64,000 nucleotides of DNA from an uncultured Chloroflexia bacterium (GTDB taxonomy: Bacteria; Chloroflexota; Anaerolineae; Anaerolineales; Villigracilaceae), in contig CAWEKL010000002.1 of assembly GCA_963809585.1 (NCBI GenBank), positions 46,050-110,049 on the forward strand, read 5' to 3'. Of this stretch, positions 26,239-31,983 are shown in pieces. Numbering within the stretch: position 1 is the stretch's first letter; every line of letters begins with the position of its first letter. The notes beneath the pieces are model-generated. The model saw only the letters and a program-made list of their open reading frames with translations, had not been told where the DNA came from and ran no database searches. The translations under genes and the position numbers were made by a program.

Positions 26239-26532
26239 ATGGCAGAGAAAATCATGAATTTGATTTTTATATTTAACTTCATCCTTTTAATTGGATTGGT
26301 AGTAGGGATTATGTGGTGGCAACAAAAATATGGCAGACTAACCGCAAATAAATTTGCGGTTTTGCTAACCGGATATTTTAGCTTTGCGTTCATAACCACT
26401 TTATCACCATTTTTGATCACCAATACAAGCATAACTATTACAGTTGATATCGTTTTTATATTGATATTGTGGTGCATTGGATTCCCTTGGTTACGCTGGG
26501 TATATAGCAAATTCAGTTCATCAAAACAGTGA
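26239..26532 (+). CDS. Small AT-rich-encoded integral membrane protein (97 aa, about 3 TM)
   Basis: MAEKIMNLIFIFNFILLIGLVVGIMWW...VDIVFILILWCIGFPWL. The local G+C is under 40% by hand count. The ATG directly follows the TAA of the leader mini-ORF. Confidence 0.55.
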   Translation: MAEKIMNLIFIFNFILLIGLVVGIMWWQQKYGRLTANKFAVLLTGYFSFAFITTLSPFLITNTSITITVDIVFILILWCIGFPWLRWVYSKFSSSKQ

Positions 26533-26569
26533 TCGCTCCTCCAGCAAAAAGACGAACCAGACTGAAAAC

Positions 26570-26723
26570 AGTCAAACTTCCTGGTGATATTCTTCCCTTC
26601 CGGGAAGGGCCGGGATTTGCTACACTGACGGTACCGTTCGCGGGCGGAGTTGGATCGCCGCGGTAATAGGGAGGGTGTCGGAGGTGGAATGGGAATGACG
26701 CAAAAAGAGGAGACCTTGCGGTC
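26570..26723 (+). repeat. Conserved leader element, copy B (3' 150-nt portion only, no promoter segment)
   Basis: ACTTCCTGGTGATATTCTTCCCTTCC...GGGATTTGCTACAC...GGAGGTGGAATGGGAATGACGCAAAAAGAGGAGACCTTGCGGTC aligns with copies A and C. It sits between the 97-aa ORF and the hydrolase gene. Confidence 0.8.
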
Positions 26724-26760
26724 AAAAAAACGGCCAGGTCGATCCTGGGAGCATCAAGCC

Positions 26761-27846
26761 ATGAAGATCTCATTCTTCAAACAATTACTGTGGTTAGGCA
26801 TGCTAGCTGCTTTTTTGTCCAGCAGTTGCTCTCTGGCCCAACCGACATTGGCAGCCCGCCTTTCCGGATACATGAAAACGGAGCAGCCAAACTTCAGCGG
26901 GACCATTCTTGTGGCGCAAAAAGGCGAAATCATCCTCAGCCAGGGATACGGTTTGGCAAATCAGGAATGGGATATCTCCAATACCTCACAAACCAAGTTT
27001 GCCATTGGATCGATGACCAAGGCATTTACAGCCATGGCCATTATGATATTGCAAGAGCGAGGCCAGTTGTCTGTGCAGGATTCGATCTGCGATTACTTGT
27101 CTGATTGTCCAGCGGACTGGAAGTCCATTTCCCTGCATGATCTTCTTACTCATACGTCCGGTATTCGTAACTATACAGATCTATACACCCAACTAAAAGA
27201 CAATGTTAATATTTGTCGTGAATACAGGCCGGAAGAGGTCGTTGCCTTCTTCAAAGACCTGCCCCTCGACTTTGAACCCGGCAGTAGTTGGAATTACAGC
27301 AATTCAGGATATTTCCTACTGGGGATTGTGATCGAAAAGGTGTCCGGCGAAAGCTATGAGACCTTTATTCAAAAGAACATATTGCAGCCATTAGGCATGT
27401 CCGAGACAGGCTACGATCGTGCAAGTACAGTTGTCAAAGATCGAGCTTCAGGATATTCGTGGAATGGTCGTATTCTCAATGCAGTTTGTGAGGACGTATC
27501 GATCAAGTACGCGGCTGGTGGGCTATATTCCACCGTTGGAGATTTATACAAGTGGGATCAAGCACTGTATACCGATCAATTGGTTTCCAAAGAAACTTTG
27601 AACATGATATTTAATTCCACTATGCCCATGCAGCCTGGTGGAGACATGTATGGCTACGGATGGATAATTTCCAAACACTTTGATCGTCTGGTGATTGAGC
27701 ACAGTGGGGGCCTTTTTGGGTTTGCCACCCAAATTGCGCGCTATCCGGATGATCAAGTAACAATCATTGTCTTATCGAATACGGACTTTCAAGACCCCGT
27801 GGCGATTAGTGTGAAATTAGCGGGCATCGTGTTTGAAGGCAAGTAA
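26761..27846 (+). CDS. Serine hydrolase, beta-lactamase / PBP4*-type family, secreted
   Basis: The signal peptide is MKISFFKQLLWLGMLAAFLSSSCSLA. The SxxK active site is FAIGSMTKAF, with a downstream YSNSGY motif. The region is AT-rich relative to its flanks. The ORF-track start at 26650 lies inside leader copy B, and the leader ATG at 26689 is in frame. Confidence 0.85.
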   Translation: MKISFFKQLLWLGMLAAFLSSSCSLAQPTLAARLSGYMKTEQPNFSGTILVAQKGEIILSQGYGLANQEWDISNTSQTKFAIGSMTKAFTAMAIMILQERGQLSVQDSICDYLSDCPADWKSISLHDLLTHTSGIRNYTDLYTQLKDNVNICREYRPEEVVAFFKDLPLDFEPGSSWNYSNSGYFLLGIVIEKVSGESYETFIQKNILQPLGMSETGYDRASTVVKDRASGYSWNGRILNAVCEDVSIKYAAGGLYSTVGDLYKWDQALYTDQLVSKETLNMIFNSTMPMQPGGDMYGYGWIISKHFDRLVIEHSGGLFGFATQIARYPDDQVTIIVLSNTDFQDPVAISVKLAGIVFEGK

Positions 27847-28052
27847 TGAACAGTTCAGTCAACACGGAGAGCCCCCAGCTGGTGGGACTCGCCGTGTTTT
27901 CAAGCAGTTGCGTTGCGGATTGGCTGCCGGTCTTCATCGAGACGACAAGTGCAAGATATAAGCTTTTAGCCTGCTACTTCGGAAGTAAAGATCGTCTGCT
28001 GGTATCATTCCATCCTGGGCCAGTGACCTGCCCCAATAGTATGTACCAGAGT

Positions 28053-28372
28053 TTATGTTAGTCCAGACCACACCAGAGGCGACACAAACCAAGCTTGGGG
28101 TGCCGGGGGACGATATCCCATTGAGCTGTGCGGTCGAATTGTATTATATTTCTTTCTCCAGCGTTCGATCATCTGTGCCTGCGGCAAGGTGCAGGCAAGA
28201 TCCAGGCTTCCTGCAGAGTGTAGAAGATCTCCCGTTTCAACAATTCATACCGCCTGTATGCCACCCTTGCCGAGGTTTCAGATCCTGAAATCCTAAAGCG
28301 CATTGAAGAGATCAGCAATCCCTGAAATTGATCTGGCTTTATTTCACGGTCACTGCGTGCAGCGAGCCGCAA
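28053..28372 (-). pseudogene. Remnant of the C-terminal end of an IS3-like (rve/DDE integrase-fold) transposase
   Basis: The minus strand reads ...YELLKREIFYTLQEAWIL.. and, after a frame break, AQMIERWRKKYNTIRPHSSMGYRPPAPQAW. This is the canonical ...EIFYTLxEAxxLIExWRxxYNTxRPHSSLGYRPPAP tail. No catalytic core, N-terminal part or inverted repeats were found. Confidence 0.7.
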
Positions 28373-28561
28373 TTGCTCTTTGTGGTGACAGAGGTATTCT
28401 CCCTTATTGGGAGCCTCGACCGCCGCGAAGACCCTGCATGGCTGGCCTGATCGTCCCTACACTATCGACGGGCGGTTTTCTGTAATATGTCTGTAAGCCT
28501 GTTTTGGCAGGCAGGAGATAGAATCGATCTATCTTCCATCCGCCCGCGGGGTGCCGAGCAC

Positions 28562-30577
28562 ATGGAAAAATCCATGAACTGCGCACGAATCCTCATCATC
28601 AATGACGGTCATGACAGGGGGCCTGAACTGCAGGACCGGCTGCTCTCTGCCGGCTACGAAGTCCTCAGCCTCAGCCTCATCAAAGGCCGCGCCCTGGAGC
28701 AGGTGGGCGAATTGCATCCGGACCTCGTCCTGATGGATATCGGCCTGCGCGGCAAGGTGGACGGAGTGCAGGCCGCGGATGATATCCAGACCCAGCTCGA
28801 TATCCCGGTGATCTACACCATATCGCACCAGGATTACGGCCAGGCGACCCTTCAGAGGTCAAAGGCGACAGGGCCTTTCGGCTACATCTTTGAGCCCCTG
28901 GATACCAATCAGATCGCCAGCACGATCGAAGTTGCGCTGGTCAGGAATCGGCTGGAGAGGCAAATCAAGGAAGGCCAGCAGTGGCTCAGCACCGTGCTCA
29001 ACAGCATCGGGGACGGGGTCGCAGCTGTGGACGACCAGGGCTTGATCACGTTCATCAACCCTGTGGCGGAGATCCTGACCGGCTGGCAGGCCAAAGACGC
29101 GATCGGCAAGCCCCTCTACCAGATATTTTCCATTTCCGAGGCGAAGGCGCGTGAGATCATCGATGCCGCTTTAAACAATGTGCCCGGCGTGACGCGGAGA
29201 TTGCAGGGGGATATCCATACACTGTTGACGTCACGGATGGGGGGCGAGATCCCGGTCGAGATCACGATCTCGCGGATAAGAATGCGCAAGGAGACCAACA
29301 AAGGCGTGGTGCTTGTCTTCCGCGATATCACCGAGCGGCTGCGCGCCATGCATGAGATCCGCAAGCAGGCGAACCGGGCAGAAGCGCTGGCTTCGGTCGC
29401 CTCGCAGCTCAACAAGCAGATCGAGCTGGGCTCTCTCCTGGAAACCGTCTGCGTGACCACCAATAAGACCCTCAGGGCGGCTGGTACGGCGGTGTTCCTG
29501 CCGGATGCCCGGAATGAGATCTTTCGAAACCGGTCCGCCTTCAGCGAGGTGCCCATGTTCAAGGCCTTCGAGGGGAGCCGGTTCGAGATCAAGAGGGAAA
29601 CCATCGAACAATTGGTCACCCGCGAGCATCCGGTGATGGTGCTCCAAAATCTTCAGGATTTTCCGGATTTGCCTTATGTGGATTCGTTGCTGGGGTTGGG
29701 CATCCGGATCGTGGTTCTCTCTGCCTTGTATCTGCGGGAGGAACTGATAGGGGCCTTGATCTCTATCTTCGGAGATTCGCGCCCGGCGATCACCGAGGAC
29801 GACATCAGCCTGCTCACCGGATTGGCGGACCAGGTATCGAGCGCGATCCAAAATGCGGAACTGTTCGAGCAGATCCGCATGGGACGTGAACGGCAGCGGG
29901 TCCTGTCCAAAAGCCTGGTGGAAGTCCAAGAATCCGAGCGCCGGCACGTAGCCCGAGAACTTCACGATCAACTTGGGCAGTCGCTCACGGGCTTGCAATT
30001 CCTGTTGCAGAGCGCAAAGAGCCACTCGGAGGGTTCACAAAGGGAGCAGCTGGAAGATATCCAGCATTATGTCAGTGAGATCATGGAGCAGACGCGCGCG
30101 ATATCGCTGCGTCTGCGCCCCGGCCTGCTGGATGATCTGGGACTCCTGCCCACCCTTCGGTGGCATATGGACTCATATACCAAACAGACCGGGATCCGCG
30201 TCCATTTCCAGACCAATGAACCCGTGGACCGCTGCCCGCCGGAGATCGAGACCGCGGCCTACCGGATCATTCAGGAGACGCTTACGAACGTCGCCCGGTA
30301 TGCCTGCGTGGAGGAGATCTCTGTGACCTTGAACGCGGAGAACGACATCTTGTGGCTGGAAGTGGTGGATAAAGGGAAAGGCTTCAACGTATCGAGGGAA
30401 TTGGAGAAACCGTCTTCCGGGCTGGGAGGCATGCGAGAACGAGCCAGCCTGGTGGGAGGCTGGCTGACGATCCATTCCAGTCCGGGGCAGGGAACCCGGA
30501 TCACTGCCAGCCTTCCCCTGAAAGGGCAGGTTCTCGAACGGAGGAAACATGACCGTGACCGTACTGATTGCCGATGA
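28562..30577 (+). CDS. Hybrid sensor: receiver-like domain - PAS - GAF - HisKA_3/HATPase histidine kinase
   Basis: The receiver-like domain is ARILIINDGHD...DLVLMDIGL, with the conserved Lys replaced (YIFEPLD). The PAS region is WLSTVLNSIGDGVAAVDDQGLITFINPVAE. The H-box is RHVARELHDQLGQSLTGL, with N/G boxes TNVARYA...DKGKGF...GGLGGMRERA. Confidence 0.85.
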   Translation: MEKSMNCARILIINDGHDRGPELQDRLLSAGYEVLSLSLIKGRALEQVGELHPDLVLMDIGLRGKVDGVQAADDIQTQLDIPVIYTISHQDYGQATLQRSKATGPFGYIFEPLDTNQIASTIEVALVRNRLERQIKEGQQWLSTVLNSIGDGVAAVDDQGLITFINPVAEILTGWQAKDAIGKPLYQIFSISEAKAREIIDAALNNVPGVTRRLQGDIHTLLTSRMGGEIPVEITISRIRMRKETNKGVVLVFRDITERLRAMHEIRKQANRAEALASVASQLNKQIELGSLLETVCVTTNKTLRAAGTAVFLPDARNEIFRNRSAFSEVPMFKAFEGSRFEIKRETIEQLVTREHPVMVLQNLQDFPDLPYVDSLLGLGIRIVVLSALYLREELIGALISIFGDSRPAITEDDISLLTGLADQVSSAIQNAELFEQIRMGRERQRVLSKSLVEVQESERRHVARELHDQLGQSLTGLQFLLQSAKSHSEGSQREQLEDIQHYVSEIMEQTRAISLRLRPGLLDDLGLLPTLRWHMDSYTKQTGIRVHFQTNEPVDRCPPEIETAAYRIIQETLTNVARYACVEEISVTLNAENDILWLEVVDKGKGFNVSRELEKPSSGLGGMRERASLVGGWLTIHSSPGQGTRITASLPLKGQVLERRKHDRDRTDCR

Positions 30578-31202
30578 CCATCCGCTGGTGCGCTTCGGGC
30601 TGCGGAACCTGCTGGCCTCCGAACCCGACTTCACCGTGGCGGGAGAGGCGGAGGACGGGCTTAAGGTGCTCGCCCTGGCCGAGAAGATCCGCCCCGATAT
30701 CCTGGTCGTGGACCTGATGATGCCGAATCTGAACGGCCTGGAGGTGATCCGCACAGTCCGGCACCGCCTGCCGGGAACGCGAATGATCGTACTCTCAATG
30801 CAGCGAGCCGACCCCTATATCGTGGAGGCGTTCAAGGCCGGCGCCATTGGATATGTTTTAAAGGATGACGCCCCGGGGGAGGTGATCCATGCCATCCGGG
30901 AGGCCCTGCGGGGAGTGGAGTACCTCAGCCCGGGCCTTTCCGACAGGCTGGTGGAAACGGCTGTCAAAGACGTTCAGAATGCTCCGCCGGATGCTTACGA
31001 ACTCCTCACAGAAAGAGAGCGGCAGGTCTTTCAACTGGCGGTGGAAGGGAAAACCGCCCCCGAGATCGCACGGGCTCTGTTCATCAGCCCGCGGACGGCG
31101 GAGGCCCACCGCAGCCGGGTGATGGACAAGCTGGGAGTCCATAACCAGACCGACCTGGTCAAATATGCGCTGAAGCGGGGCGTCCTCTCCATGGAGGCTT
31201 GA
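30549..31202 (+). CDS. NarL/FixJ (LuxR-type HTH) response regulator
   Basis: The receiver is canonical (VLIADDHPLVR, DILVVDLMMPNLNG, GYVLKD). The C-terminal HTH is LTERERQVFQLAVEGKTAPEIARALFISPRTAEAHR. It overlaps the kinase gene by 29 nt, and GGAGGA precedes the ATG. Confidence 0.9.
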   Translation: MTVTVLIADDHPLVRFGLRNLLASEPDFTVAGEAEDGLKVLALAEKIRPDILVVDLMMPNLNGLEVIRTVRHRLPGTRMIVLSMQRADPYIVEAFKAGAIGYVLKDDAPGEVIHAIREALRGVEYLSPGLSDRLVETAVKDVQNAPPDAYELLTERERQVFQLAVEGKTAPEIARALFISPRTAEAHRSRVMDKLGVHNQTDLVKYALKRGVLSMEA

Positions 31203-31346
31203 TGCCGGATCCACTGCTTTCCTGAAGAAATGGGGGAGTTCAGGGTCGGGTCGTAAAAATAGGTAGGTGTACGTATTCCCAGGACCGGCAAGGGGGCCCA
31301 TAATGTAGGTCAGGAGCCATTCAAGCTCATCAAAGGGAGATAACTC

Positions 31347-31556
31347 ATGAAAAAATTCATCCAGGTATGTTTGGTCGCGGCCCTGCTGCTCGTGCTCGTA
31401 CTCGGCACCGTCCCGATGTTGAAGATCGGCGGGGGTCTGCCGGGTCCCCAGCCGAATGTCGGCTGGAACACCGGTATCGGGTGGGAGACTCCCGATGCAG
31501 CCCCGCTCGCATTCACCATCATTGTCATCAGGCCGGACGTCGGTTGGAATACTTAA
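31347..31556 (+). CDS. Small exported peptide with three (V/I)GW(N/E)T motifs (69 aa)
   Basis: MKKFIQVCLVAALLLVLVLGTVPML is signal-like, followed by GGGLPGPQPNVGWNTGIGWETPDAAPLAFTIIVIRPDVGWNT and a stop. AGGGAG lies upstream of the ATG. Confidence 0.5.
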   Translation: MKKFIQVCLVAALLLVLVLGTVPMLKIGGGLPGPQPNVGWNTGIGWETPDAAPLAFTIIVIRPDVGWNT

Positions 31557-31601
31557 TAAAAATTGTCATGCCTTACGACCAGAGTCAATAAGGGGTTCCA
31601 T

Positions 31602-31727
31602 ATGATTGAACATCTGTTGATCCAGGCAATTCCATTGGCGGTCTGCCTTCTCTTGACGATACTGATCGCTCTGCACCAGGGCAAAACCGGGACGCCCACC
31701 TATCTTGCCAGTGTTGGCTGGCACTAA
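31602..31727 (+). CDS. Small hydrophobic peptide ending in SVGWH (41 aa), below the ORF-track cutoff
   Basis: MIEHLLIQAIPLAVCLLLTILIALHQGKTGTPTYLASVGWH. AAGGGG lies 7 nt upstream of the ATG. It shares the C-terminal VGW motif with the preceding ORF. Confidence 0.35.
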   Translation: MIEHLLIQAIPLAVCLLLTILIALHQGKTGTPTYLASVGWH

Positions 31728-31750
31728 AAAACACAGAAAGATCAAAGCTC

Positions 31751-31784
31751 AGTGATCCCTCCGGAATATTCCGGAGGGATCACT
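31751..31784 (+). terminator. Long perfect hairpin after the peptide ORFs
   Basis: AGTGATCCCTCCGGAA-TA-TTCCGGAGGGATCACT, a 16-bp perfect palindrome. No T-run follows. Confidence 0.55.
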
Positions 31785-31983
31785 GTCTACCTGATTAACG
31801 GATCATTACCATCCACCATGTCAATTTGCTTGCTGTTTACCCCACGGGAGCGAAGAAATGATATGATCGGAAAAAGGCGAAAGCCGGATGCAAGTGAAGG
31901 CTGGGCGCTTTCCACCCGGGGGGAATGGCGCACTCCCCAAAAAGGATAAAAGCCGGGCATCCTCATTCCGCGAGGGGTTTGAC

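Noticed and set aside
26650-26760. The ORF-track start (26650) of the serine hydrolase.
   Set aside because: The first 37 codons lie inside leader copy B and are not hydrolase-like. A classical signal peptide begins at Met-38 (26761). The in-frame leader ATG is discussed as a finding instead.
25400-28500. An integron-type cassette array (attC sites).
   Set aside because: No integron integrase is present, and I could not find the paired RYYYAAC / GTTRRRY core sites. The conserved unit lies upstream of each ORF and includes SD and start codons, whereas attC sites follow cassettes.
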